Position numbers and translations under genes: made by a program. A stretch of 42,666 bases of DNA from Bdellovibrionales bacterium (lineage in GTDB: Bacteria > Bdellovibrionota > Bdellovibrionia > Bdellovibrionales > JAGQZY01), in NCBI GenBank assembly GCA_031426555.1, contig JANPLN010000020.1, forward strand, positions 1 through 42,666. The letters run 5' to 3'. The notes under the pieces were generated by a model. That model was not told where the DNA came from and did not search any database. It was given only the letters and a program-made list of their open reading frames with translations. Position 1 is the stretch's first letter; every line of letters begins with the position of its first letter. Positions 18,719-27,868 of the stretch are shown piece after piece.

Positions 18719-20434
18719 ATGAAGTTTCTAAAATTGAGTCTGCTGTTGTTCGCCACTTCTTGCGCGTCGGATATCGTAAAAAAAGACGGTTACGATCGTT
18801 TTCAAAATGCCTCGTCGTCGGGAAATGAATGCGGACGCTTGTTAAGAAAACTTCCCAAACAAGAAGGAACAACCTGGGGTGAAGCCTCTCGGCAAGCCGT
18901 GGAGTTTGCGTTCTCTGCATGCTTGCGCACGTACTCGAGCACCGACTCACACGCTTCGAGTCTCGAATTTTTTAAGGCTGTGTTTAAAGAGATGGGTCTT
19001 AAATATGAAGAGGTGGGCCTTGCCAATTCTGCCCGAGTGATTGCCTATTTTGATAAAAACTCTAAAAAGCCAAGTGTGCTTATTGTGCACTCTACGGATG
19101 TGGGCGACAGCCAACTTGTGGGGCAGGAAGGTCATACGGCCTCCTCAATGTGGGGACAGCAAAAAAATGACGTAAAGTCCATTGGTGCCATGCAATTGAT
19201 GGCTCTTGCCTTTGCAAGTCGCTCAAAAAGCCCAAGCAATAAAAATCTCGTTTTCGTCGCCACCGAAAATGGACAAACCAAAGAAGCCTTGCAGATGTTT
19301 CCCTCAGTTCAAATGGTGCTTAACGAAGGCGGGTACGGTTTTAATAAACAAAATAAAAATGTTTTCCTGATCGGCGCTGAGCAAAAAGGCGGTGCCTGGC
19401 TTAAATTCAAACACAAAAGCGCCACGCGTTTGTTATCTCACTTGGATCAGCTGATGGCGGTATTTTTGCCCCACGATCCCCAGGATTTTAAAGATCCAGG
19501 AAAGTGTCAGATCAAATCCTTTCACACGGCCGAGCAAACGATCAATACGATTCCGTACAAAGTAGATCTTGAGTTGCGCTGTAAAGGCTTGTCCGAGATG
19601 GCTGTGGGAAAAGCGTTTGTTCATCAAGACATTTCCATTCTTGGAAAGCGCGACGGCAACACTTACACGGTCTCACTTGAATTGTCGTTTCCCAAAGAAA
19701 ACACCATGGGAAAGTTGTCAGCGCTGCAAATTGCCGCTCAAGGTTTACAAAAATTATCCATCATTCCCTATCGGGATTGGTCGTTTGAAGAACCACAGTT
19801 TTACAAACACATGCGAACTCCGGCCTCCGTCAATTTTGTAAAAACCGTGAAAGAGGTTTATCCTCAGCAGTCCATTTGGGGAGACTTGCTCTGGGAGCTC
19901 GATGCATCGGGGGAATGGTCGCAGGTTCGTCAAGGAATGGCCGCAGACAAGCGTGATGGTCCCGAGAAAATGTTTCGAACGTCTTGTCACTGGACAGGCT
20001 TTGAAGCTTCAGAAAAGTCGGCAGAAGCCTATGTGGACTGTCGTCTCATTCACACAGGATTTCTGAAAAACATTAATGAGTCCCAGGCACAGGTGTTTTT
20101 AAAGCAGCTTGTTGCAAAGGCTCATGATCCAAATTTACAAATCGAAATGATCCGCGGCTGGAACTATCTTGCCAGCGATACGCAGAGTCCCTACGTAAAA
20201 ATCATGAAGGAAGAGATTTTAAAAGAGTATCCAACTTCGCACACCGGCACATGGTTATCACCGGTGAGTCACGTGCTGGATACAGAGCAAAGCAAAAAGC
20301 TTCCAACCTATGGTTTTTACCCTGTGATCAAAGACGATTTCCTCGAAACACCGCAGGAAAAAACGTTTCCACAGCAACAGATCTTTACTGCCAATAAAAT
20401 TTACTCAGGCACCATTCACCGCTTCACTCACTGA
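18719..20434 (+). CDS. Lipoprotein with degenerate M20-peptidase-like fold
   Basis: Lipobox-like FATSC; partial M20 motifs (IVHSTDV, WG..NDVKS, VLNEGG, AEQKG, AYVDCRL). Confidence 0.6.
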   Translation: MKFLKLSLLLFATSCASDIVKKDGYDRFQNASSSGNECGRLLRKLPKQEGTTWGEASRQAVEFAFSACLRTYSSTDSHASSLEFFKAVFKEMGLKYEEVGLANSARVIAYFDKNSKKPSVLIVHSTDVGDSQLVGQEGHTASSMWGQQKNDVKSIGAMQLMALAFASRSKSPSNKNLVFVATENGQTKEALQMFPSVQMVLNEGGYGFNKQNKNVFLIGAEQKGGAWLKFKHKSATRLLSHLDQLMAVFLPHDPQDFKDPGKCQIKSFHTAEQTINTIPYKVDLELRCKGLSEMAVGKAFVHQDISILGKRDGNTYTVSLELSFPKENTMGKLSALQIAAQGLQKLSIIPYRDWSFEEPQFYKHMRTPASVNFVKTVKEVYPQQSIWGDLLWELDASGEWSQVRQGMAADKRDGPEKMFRTSCHWTGFEASEKSAEAYVDCRLIHTGFLKNINESQAQVFLKQLVAKAHDPNLQIEMIRGWNYLASDTQSPYVKIMKEEILKEYPTSHTGTWLSPVSHVLDTEQSKKLPTYGFYPVIKDDFLETPQEKTFPQQQIFTANKIYSGTIHRFTH

Positions 20435-22092
20435 GCGGTGGGGTGACCAAACTGGCGAATAATGTAAGTTGGCGTGTCTGTCATCTCGTTCACGGAACGA
20501 GTTAAAGATTCTATCCAATCCGCCGAGAGTTCAACGTTGTTTGAGAGCGCAATGATCGCCGGGAGTTCCTGAGCCGCGCCGCCGTCCGATGTTAACATGA
20601 GACGAAGGCTCGTAAACAGCGTGGCTTCGCTTTGTAGGGCTTGAAGATCTTTGTTTGGGCAAACTCTCGAGACCGAATGGCGATACCAATTGGAGTTTTC
20701 AAAAAATGTGCAATAGCGAGCGGTTACATCCACTGCGACGTTCAGCCCCTGAGAATGAAGTCGGAGAGTTGATAAATAGGAGCGAACTTTAGACCGCAAA
20801 AGCCGATCTGGGCTCTCTCTTTGAGCGCGATCAAGTCCTTCGAGAACCACTTGATAATAGGCCTCAGGAGTAAAGAAGGGATCATTCCAATAACCTTCTG
20901 GCATAAAACCGCCCTCAAGAGCTAAATACTCGCCTTCGTTGCGCAGGCCCGCGATGAGTTTTTCTTTCCAGACATCGGCGTCCTCGACAAGTTGTCGAAT
21001 AAAGTCATCGGCTTGTTTATTCACCAAAAAGCGTTCCACATTGTCCACTTCGTTTAAAACATCGGCCAGCCCGAGATCGGCTACGAGAGCTGAAGACTCC
21101 AGGGACCGCGCGCGAAGGGGCAACCACGTGCGAGTTTTTAAAGCGCGATAGGTATGGGTCCCCACGCGATTGGTGTAAAGTTGATCGATAGCCAAGGCGG
21201 CCGCTAAGGCTTGTTCTTTGAGTTCTGGAGTCCACACTGCTTCCACAGACACGATTTCATCCAGTCCGTTTCGTGATGCGAGGTTCACCTGGGTTTCAAC
21301 CAGGCTGATGAGGGACGCACATTCCGTACAATTTCTATAAAGCTTTGAAATTTGTGTATTGAGTGCGAGCATTAAATCATTGATGCGCTCGATGCTTTCG
21401 TAGGGATCCATTAAGGTATCTAATTCCCTGCGGTAATCAAAAAGTGCGCAGAGGCTGTCTGCATAGGCTAGCTTTTGCTCAGGATCCGAAAAATCATAGC
21501 CCTGTTTATTTTCGTTGATCGTCTGGATGGCACTAGAAAAACCGGTGATCACACTGCTTGCCATAGAGACAAGTCCGCCAATTTGTGGACCCCCGATGAC
21601 CGAAAGAACCTTCGATGCTTCGCCGATGAGGCTTGTCACGAAGCCTATGGTGGAGCCTTTTTTATCTTCGTCGAAGCAGCCGTCGTTTCCAGCTAAAATA
21701 TTTATGAGATTCGACGTTTTAACAGTGAGGTTTTCGACATAGCTTTCCATTTTAGCCAAGCCAGCGGCGTCGAGGCCCTCCACTTGGCCTTTGGCCATGA
21801 GATTAAGAAAGTCGTTGCGGCCCGAGGTGAGCATCGACCCTAAGCCATCGATAGCGGACGAGGCTTCGTTGCGAAAGCTATCGCAGTTGGCTTCTTGGGA
21901 AATATTTTTCTTGATTTGCAAAAGCTTATTGCGAAAATCTTTGAGAGCTTCGTCATTGGCAGGGCACTGTAGCACTGGAAAACGTCGGGCATTTTCGGTG
22001 TCAATGGCAAACAGATCCAAAGTTCGATCTTGCGCGAAAACTGAAGAGTTAAGACCAAGTAGGATGAACAACGAGAAAAGACTACGAATCAT
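20428..22092 (-). CDS. Secreted hypothetical protein, helical with multiple Cys
   Basis: Long ORF; start set to ATG 22092 (MIRSLFSLFILLGLNSSVFA signal peptide); no family recognised. Confidence 0.75.
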   Translation of the reverse strand: MIRSLFSLFILLGLNSSVFAQDRTLDLFAIDTENARRFPVLQCPANDEALKDFRNKLLQIKKNISQEANCDSFRNEASSAIDGLGSMLTSGRNDFLNLMAKGQVEGLDAAGLAKMESYVENLTVKTSNLINILAGNDGCFDEDKKGSTIGFVTSLIGEASKVLSVIGGPQIGGLVSMASSVITGFSSAIQTINENKQGYDFSDPEQKLAYADSLCALFDYRRELDTLMDPYESIERINDLMLALNTQISKLYRNCTECASLISLVETQVNLASRNGLDEIVSVEAVWTPELKEQALAAALAIDQLYTNRVGTHTYRALKTRTWLPLRARSLESSALVADLGLADVLNEVDNVERFLVNKQADDFIRQLVEDADVWKEKLIAGLRNEGEYLALEGGFMPEGYWNDPFFTPEAYYQVVLEGLDRAQRESPDRLLRSKVRSYLSTLRLHSQGLNVAVDVTARYCTFFENSNWYRHSVSRVCPNKDLQALQSEATLFTSLRLMLTSDGGAAQELPAIIALSNNVELSADWIESLTRSVNEMTDTPTYIIRQFGHPTAQ

Positions 22093-22257
22093 ATGAGAGC
22101 CCCCTTTAGCTGCCAAAAACATACTCGATGGAGAAGGGGTTCTCTTAGAGTTTGATTTTTGGCTGTAAAGATTATGTGAACACGAGAGACCCGGCTAGCG
22201 AGAAAATACAGGGTCTATTTCGATGGCGGTTTCCAAAAATATCATAAAGGACCCCGA

Positions 22258-22292
22258 TAAAAGTTTACATCAAGATAAACTTTTAATATAGT
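22258..22292 (+). promoter_or_regulatory. Sigma70-type promoter overlapped by a 10-bp inverted-repeat operator
   Basis: TTTACA (22264-69), 17 nt, TATAGT (22287-92). Palindrome TAAAAGTTTA-N8-TAAACTTTTA at 22258-22285. Confidence 0.7.
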
Positions 22293-22298
22293 CGCAGC

Positions 22299-22841
22299 AT
22301 GCGAGCATCAACGAAACAAAAAAAAAATAAAAAGAAACAAGATCTTCCTTCAGAATATCACCAACTTCTTAAAAGTGTAGGTGCTTTTATGGAATACTGG
22401 GGGTTTAAAGCCGTGCATGGAAAAATTTGGGCGGCCGTTTACTTATCCAAAGAGCCGGTTGACGCCAATTTTATGATTTCGCAACTGCAACTTTCCAAAG
22501 CGGCCATTAGCCTTGGGATCAAAGATCTGCTGCACTATGATGTGATTCGCGAAGTTCCCAAAAATGGCCCCTCCACGCAAAAGTACATCTCAAATCCTGA
22601 TCTCATGGGAGTGATTTGCAATGTTTTGCGGCAGCGTGAAAAGAAAATGCTGCAGATGGTGGTGCAATGTTCAAAAGCCCTTTCCGAAAAATCCTTCGAA
22701 GAATCTCCTCTGAGCTCGCAAAAAAACATTCAATTGCGAAAGATGACCGAGCAAGCTCACGTGCTTCTCGAAAGCATGCTCCAGTTACAGTCTCTGAATT
22801 TTAAAGATATTTCTGCCCTGATGGGCGCCGGGACTCTGTGA
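22299..22841 (+). CDS. GbsR/MarR-family transcriptional regulator
   Basis: GAFMEYWGFKAVHGKIWAAVYLS, LQLSKAAISLGIKDL winged-HTH pattern. Confidence 0.8.
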   Translation: MRASTKQKKNKKKQDLPSEYHQLLKSVGAFMEYWGFKAVHGKIWAAVYLSKEPVDANFMISQLQLSKAAISLGIKDLLHYDVIREVPKNGPSTQKYISNPDLMGVICNVLRQREKKMLQMVVQCSKALSEKSFEESPLSSQKNIQLRKMTEQAHVLLESMLQLQSLNFKDISALMGAGTL

Positions 22842-24298
22842 GCAGACAAACGGTGGGTCTCCATTGGTTTCGTCGCGATCTGCGCGTTGCTGGCAATACA
22901 GCTCTAAAAATGAATTGGAAAAAAAATAGCGGCCGCGTTTTAGGAATTTTCTGTTTTGATTCTGTATTTCTCTCGCGGCCTGATTTTTCCCACAATCGGT
23001 TTGCACTTTTTTTAAAAACTCTTAAATCCTTGCAGGAGGAGTTGCGCCGTGTTGGCGGGGATCTGCTCGTCGTGGATGCCCTTCCGCAAAAAGCCTTGCC
23101 GCAAATCATCGGCGAGCTCAATAAGACTCACGCTGTGGAGCTGCTTACCTACTGCCGGGATTACGAACCCTTCGCGCGCCATCGAGATAGCGAAGTCGAG
23201 GGGTTGCTTAAAGCCAAAAACATCGAGGTGCAAAGCTTTCGCGATCACTTGCTCATCGAACCCCAGGAACTTTTCAAAACAAAGGTTGGAGAATTTTACC
23301 AAGTGTATTCTCCGTTTGCTAAAAAATGGTTCGATCTTTTGGAAACGAAAGAAGTCTCCGCTCGCGTCGACGAACAGCGCAAAGGCTTGGAGTATCTTAA
23401 AGACAATGCAAACCGCGAGATTTTTTCCTGCTCCGTGAAGGACTTTAAATTGTCCTATCAGGACACTCTGCAAGAGTTTATCAACAAAAATCAAACGTCG
23501 GTCACCATTCCCATCCCCGAAGCTGGCAGCCATGTGGCTTATAAAAAAGTTCAAGAGTTCAAAAGCAAAATTTCGGAGTACAAAGAAAACCGCGATATTC
23601 CTTCGTTGCTGGGAACTTCGCGTTTGTCGGTTTTTTTAAAAAACGGCTCCATCACTTCGTCGCAAATCGTCGCCATTTTAGGTTTGCAGGGACTGGGTTA
23701 TAAAAAAGATGACGGACCCACTCGTTTTTTAAAAGAGATCGCCTGGCGGGAATTTTACTACCACATTTTATACCACCGCCCTGATGTGGAAAAGAAAGCT
23801 TTTCTCGCCAAGTTCGAAAACCTCGCCTGGCAGAACAATCAGGAATGGTTTGGGCGCTGGTGCGAAGGCACCACAGGATTTCCCATCGTCGACGCTGGGA
23901 TGCGGGAGTTGAACACGACGGGCTGGATGCACAACCGCGTTCGCATGATCGTAGCCTCTTTTCTGTGTAAAGATCTCCTCATTGATTGGCGCTGGGGTGA
24001 AAATTATTTCATGAAAATGCTAATGGACGGAGACATGGCGCCCAACAACGGCGGCTGGCAGTGGGCGGCTTCCACGGGTTGTGATCCGCAGCCGTACTTT
24101 CGTATTTTCAATCCGTGGTTGCAGAGCGAAAAATTCGATCCCGAAGCCAAGTATATCAAAGCGTTTATCCCCGAGCTGCGCGGCTGTTCGCCACGGGCGA
24201 TTCATTCGCTGGATGGCGACCGGGGAACGCACTATCCTAGACCAATGGTTGATCATTCTGCCCAAAAGGTAAAAGCACTTTCACTTTATCGCAGCTGA
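22838..24298 (+). CDS. phrB: Deoxyribodipyrimidine photolyase (class I)
   Basis: WFRRDLR, TSRLS, WREFY, GTTGFPIVDAGMREL..TGWMHNRVRM, NNGGWQW, PYFRIFNP. Confidence 0.95.
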   Translation: MSRQTVGLHWFRRDLRVAGNTALKMNWKKNSGRVLGIFCFDSVFLSRPDFSHNRFALFLKTLKSLQEELRRVGGDLLVVDALPQKALPQIIGELNKTHAVELLTYCRDYEPFARHRDSEVEGLLKAKNIEVQSFRDHLLIEPQELFKTKVGEFYQVYSPFAKKWFDLLETKEVSARVDEQRKGLEYLKDNANREIFSCSVKDFKLSYQDTLQEFINKNQTSVTIPIPEAGSHVAYKKVQEFKSKISEYKENRDIPSLLGTSRLSVFLKNGSITSSQIVAILGLQGLGYKKDDGPTRFLKEIAWREFYYHILYHRPDVEKKAFLAKFENLAWQNNQEWFGRWCEGTTGFPIVDAGMRELNTTGWMHNRVRMIVASFLCKDLLIDWRWGENYFMKMLMDGDMAPNNGGWQWAASTGCDPQPYFRIFNPWLQSEKFDPEAKYIKAFIPELRGCSPRAIHSLDGDRGTHYPRPMVDHSAQKVKALSLYRS

Positions 24299-24356
24299 AA
24301 TCTATTCCATTGCCAACGTTCTTTAAAAAAGAGAATGATAGGTTTTTGAGGTTTCA

Positions 24357-26225
24357 ATGCGTAAATTTTCCGATGTTTATATCACCGGCGTGGGGCATTA
24401 TCTACCCGGCGCAAAAGTTAGTAATGACGAGATGGACACCTACGTTGGGTTGATTAACACTCAGTCTCAGCGAATTAAACGCAGGATCCTCGCCGAAAAC
24501 GGCATTAAAACCAGACACTATGCCATTGACCCAGAGGGAAAGCCCCGCATGTCCATGGCCGAAATGGCATCGGAGTCTGTGCGCTTGGCTTTAAAAGATG
24601 CCGGTGTGGGCTTAGAGCAAGTGGGAGCTTTGGCCACAGGGACGGTGAGTGGGGATGTGGTTGTTCCAGGTTTTTCAAATATGCTGCAAGGGGAATTAAA
24701 AGCCCCACCTATGGAGACTGTTTCCATCAACGGAATCTGCTCCTCGGGTATGATCGCCTTAAAATCGGCCTGCGAGATGATTCAGTCCAAAGAACACGCG
24801 CATGCGGTGGTGAATGCCACAGAATTTCCCTCGAGATTATTTAAAAAATCACGTTTTATGATGAACCAAAAAAATGTGGATTTTAATGCGCACTTTTTGC
24901 GTTGGATGCTTTCGGATGGTGCAGGCTCCGTGGTGTTGTCGCCATCACCGAAAACGCAAAAGGGAATCAGTTTAAAGCTGGATTGGATTCACACGCGTTC
25001 GTTTAGCGGCGACTACCCCACGTGCATGTCCATTGGTTTTGGCGAAGACGGGCATGGAAAAAGTTATTTGGACTGGGACAGCGTTGCCGAAGCCGAAAAA
25101 CAGGGATTTTTTTATTTGCGCCAGGATATCCGACTTTTGCCAAATATTTTCGAAGTGGGTTTTGCCGAATATTTAAAGCTTGTGAAACAAGGCGATATCC
25201 ATCCTGGCCACGTGGACCATTTTCTTTGCCATTATTCCAGCGAACGTTTTTCCCATACGATTAAAGATCTGATGAAAAAATCGGATGTCTTTATCGAGGA
25301 AAACAAATGGTGGTCCAATCTTTCCACCAGCGGCAATACCGGATCGGCCTCCATTTTTATTATGCTGAGTGAATTTCTTCAGCAAAAGCAGGTGAAGCAC
25401 GGGGAAAAGATTTTACTGTTCGTGCCCGAATCGGGTCGCTTCACTGTGAGCTACGCGTTGCTTGAAGTGATCAAAACAGAAACTGACACGGGGTCCGCGA
25501 TGTCGGAATCCGAGGCGCCGCCGCTCACACCTGAACTGAAAGATCAGTTTCCCGATTTGTTTTTAAAACTGAGTGACGTTTGGAGCAATTACCGCTCCAA
25601 TGTTTTTCGCACAGAACTGTGCCAACAAATTTTTTCCAAAACTGCGACACTCACAGATTATCAAATTTGGATGTCGAGTTGGATCCCGCAGGTGCGGCAA
25701 GGGGCCGTGTGGATGCGAGAAGCCATTGCTCACGCGCCGGTGGAGGTGCAAAACCTCACTGCTCTTATCGAAATCCATGCGGGCGAAGAACAGTTTGATT
25801 TTAATATTCTTTACAACGACTACAAACTCTCAGGCGGAACCGTTCCCCTGGATGATCTTTTTCGAACGCCCGGTGGCGATGCCTTGAATGCCTACATGAT
25901 GTCGGCGGCACAACAAAATCCATTGAGTCTTTTAGGTGGTATTTTTATTATCGAGGGAACCGGGCAAAAAATTATTCCGGCTCTTCTTCCTTTTTTGAAA
26001 GACTCGCTCAATGTGAACTTGGGTGTTTTTAAGTTTCTTCAATATCACGGCGAAAACGATCAAAACCACTTGCGACGATGGGCAACAGCGGTCGAGATGG
26101 CATTGCTTTTCAATCCCGCTCTGTCGAAGGAGATCGTGGAGTGCGCGGAGCGCGTGTCGCAACTGTACTTGATGCAATGGAATGATATTTCGAAAAAGAT
26201 AAGAGATCTGCATGAAAAACTATAA
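24357..26225 (+). CDS. StlD/DarB-type KAS III ketosynthase fused to a heme-oxygenase-like diiron domain
   Basis: Triad GICSSG / FLCHYSS / GNTGSAS with FLRWMLSDGAG and VPESGRF. The C-terminal ~230 aa carry HAGEE, IIEG and YHGENDQNH. Confidence 0.8.
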   Translation: MRKFSDVYITGVGHYLPGAKVSNDEMDTYVGLINTQSQRIKRRILAENGIKTRHYAIDPEGKPRMSMAEMASESVRLALKDAGVGLEQVGALATGTVSGDVVVPGFSNMLQGELKAPPMETVSINGICSSGMIALKSACEMIQSKEHAHAVVNATEFPSRLFKKSRFMMNQKNVDFNAHFLRWMLSDGAGSVVLSPSPKTQKGISLKLDWIHTRSFSGDYPTCMSIGFGEDGHGKSYLDWDSVAEAEKQGFFYLRQDIRLLPNIFEVGFAEYLKLVKQGDIHPGHVDHFLCHYSSERFSHTIKDLMKKSDVFIEENKWWSNLSTSGNTGSASIFIMLSEFLQQKQVKHGEKILLFVPESGRFTVSYALLEVIKTETDTGSAMSESEAPPLTPELKDQFPDLFLKLSDVWSNYRSNVFRTELCQQIFSKTATLTDYQIWMSSWIPQVRQGAVWMREAIAHAPVEVQNLTALIEIHAGEEQFDFNILYNDYKLSGGTVPLDDLFRTPGGDALNAYMMSAAQQNPLSLLGGIFIIEGTGQKIIPALLPFLKDSLNVNLGVFKFLQYHGENDQNHLRRWATAVEMALLFNPALSKEIVECAERVSQLYLMQWNDISKKIRDLHEKL

Positions 26226-27114
26226 AGGCACTATCAACTTTAAGCACGACCCCAACGACCCCAATCCCTGGTACACTCTAGCCATGGAGACCATGACTCC
26301 TCTGCGTCCTACGGTCAAAGAGCAATGGTTGGTGGACTCCGCTTCATTTTCGCGCCAGTACGTTTTGCCCATTGCGCGGCCCATGGCGCGAACGTTGATT
26401 GCGGTGATTAAACTTTTAAAAATGCTCAATCCCATAAAGTGGAGAGCCTCGCGAACCTTGCATTGGCTGATTGTATGGGGTTTAAAAACCTTCGTTCGGC
26501 CGGAGGCCAATTATTTGATTTTGCGGCATTTCCATATTGGTTCAGAAATTTTAGCGTTTATCGCAAAAAACGTCGAAGGCGTAGATGTTCCCGTGCACCC
26601 TCTGAAACCGTTAAAACTTGATGATCTTTTGGACAATGTGTTTTTACGTCATGATATCAATTTGTTTAACTTTATTATCAATCTCAATACTCAGCTTCGC
26701 GAAAATAAGTTGTCGGTAAAAAACGTCGACGTTCCCGATTTTTCGATGATCAGCGAGCCCGACTTTCCGTTTGAGCCCCTGCCCAATGGAATGTTCAATG
26801 TGATCGATTTGGAAACCGCCATCGAAATCTACACACCGGTGTTTCAGTTTTTTCTCACGGACAACGATTTTTGGCGCTCGGTGAATTCGTTACAGTTGGA
26901 TGAAACCATTGCGCTTTACGCAGCGACCATTCTCAAGTCTCCGGAGCATCTAGTTTTGTTAAACAACCGCCATCCGCTTGTTCCACTCACGACCATGCGT
27001 GCGGGTTTCCGACTGGTGTTGCACGGGCTTTCTTCGGAGATGCTGCACTGGCTGCTGGTTTTAAAAAAGAAAGAGCAGGAGCAAAACAATGCTATCTATA
27101 ATCGATCAGTATAG
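26212..27114 (+). CDS. Uncharacterised protein (recalled as resembling DUF6999; unverified)
   Basis: 300-aa ORF overlapping both neighbours; motifs LRHFHIGSE, RHD, NSLQLDE, HGLSSEMLH. Confidence 0.7.
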   Translation: MKNYKGTINFKHDPNDPNPWYTLAMETMTPLRPTVKEQWLVDSASFSRQYVLPIARPMARTLIAVIKLLKMLNPIKWRASRTLHWLIVWGLKTFVRPEANYLILRHFHIGSEILAFIAKNVEGVDVPVHPLKPLKLDDLLDNVFLRHDINLFNFIINLNTQLRENKLSVKNVDVPDFSMISEPDFPFEPLPNGMFNVIDLETAIEIYTPVFQFFLTDNDFWRSVNSLQLDETIALYAATILKSPEHLVLLNNRHPLVPLTTMRAGFRLVLHGLSSEMLHWLLVLKKKEQEQNNAIYNRSV

Positions 27115-27868
27115 TTATTTTGAGTTTTTCGTTTTTATTTTTCTAATGATGGTGATTCGTTATCTCATTGTAGCCGTGCCACTTTACAGCATTTTTTGGA
27201 TCTGGCGCCCACAATGGACAGAGCGCTCGAAAATTCAACCGGCGAGTCGGCATAAAGCCATTCCTCGCGCCGAGCTTTTATATTCTCTTTCAACGTTGTT
27301 TGTCACATCCGTGTGGGGAACTGTGTTGTTTTGGGTTTATAAGCAGGGCTATCTAAAGATCTACACAGAGATCAACGGAGCTCAAGGCATTGCGTACATG
27401 ATCTTTACTATTTTTATTTCCATGGTGATTCACGATGCTTATTTTTATTTTGCTCACCGGCTTATGCACACTCGCAAACTTTTTCATTACGTGCACGCCG
27501 TCCATCATAAATCCATGAATCCAACTCCCTTTGCGTCGTTCAGCTTCCATCCCATAGAGGCCTTCGTGGAAGTGTTTTTTTTGCTGCCGCTACTTTTACT
27601 TTTGCCGATGCATCCCTATGCGGTTTTTATCTTTCTTTTTCTGACGTTCTTTTTTAATGTGGCTGGCCACTTGGGACACGAGCTCAACCCTTCGGGCATG
27701 TGGGAAAAGTGGTGGGGACGTTGGCTAACAACACCGACCCATCACAATCTGCATCACCAGTTGTTCAACTGTAACTATGCTCTTTATTATCGGCACTGGG
27801 ATCGCCAGTTTGATACGCTTCATGCGTCCACCGGAAAAGTTTTTAATCAAATCAAGGCAAGAAAGTAG
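27089..27868 (+). CDS. Sterol desaturase / fatty acid hydroxylase family membrane enzyme
   Basis: His boxes HRLMH, HAVHH, GHLGHE, HHNLHH; transmembrane segments; NYA...WDR.FDT. Confidence 0.9.
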   Translation: MLSIIDQYSYFEFFVFIFLMMVIRYLIVAVPLYSIFWIWRPQWTERSKIQPASRHKAIPRAELLYSLSTLFVTSVWGTVLFWVYKQGYLKIYTEINGAQGIAYMIFTIFISMVIHDAYFYFAHRLMHTRKLFHYVHAVHHKSMNPTPFASFSFHPIEAFVEVFFLLPLLLLLPMHPYAVFIFLFLTFFFNVAGHLGHELNPSGMWEKWWGRWLTTPTHHNLHHQLFNCNYALYYRHWDRQFDTLHASTGKVFNQIKARK

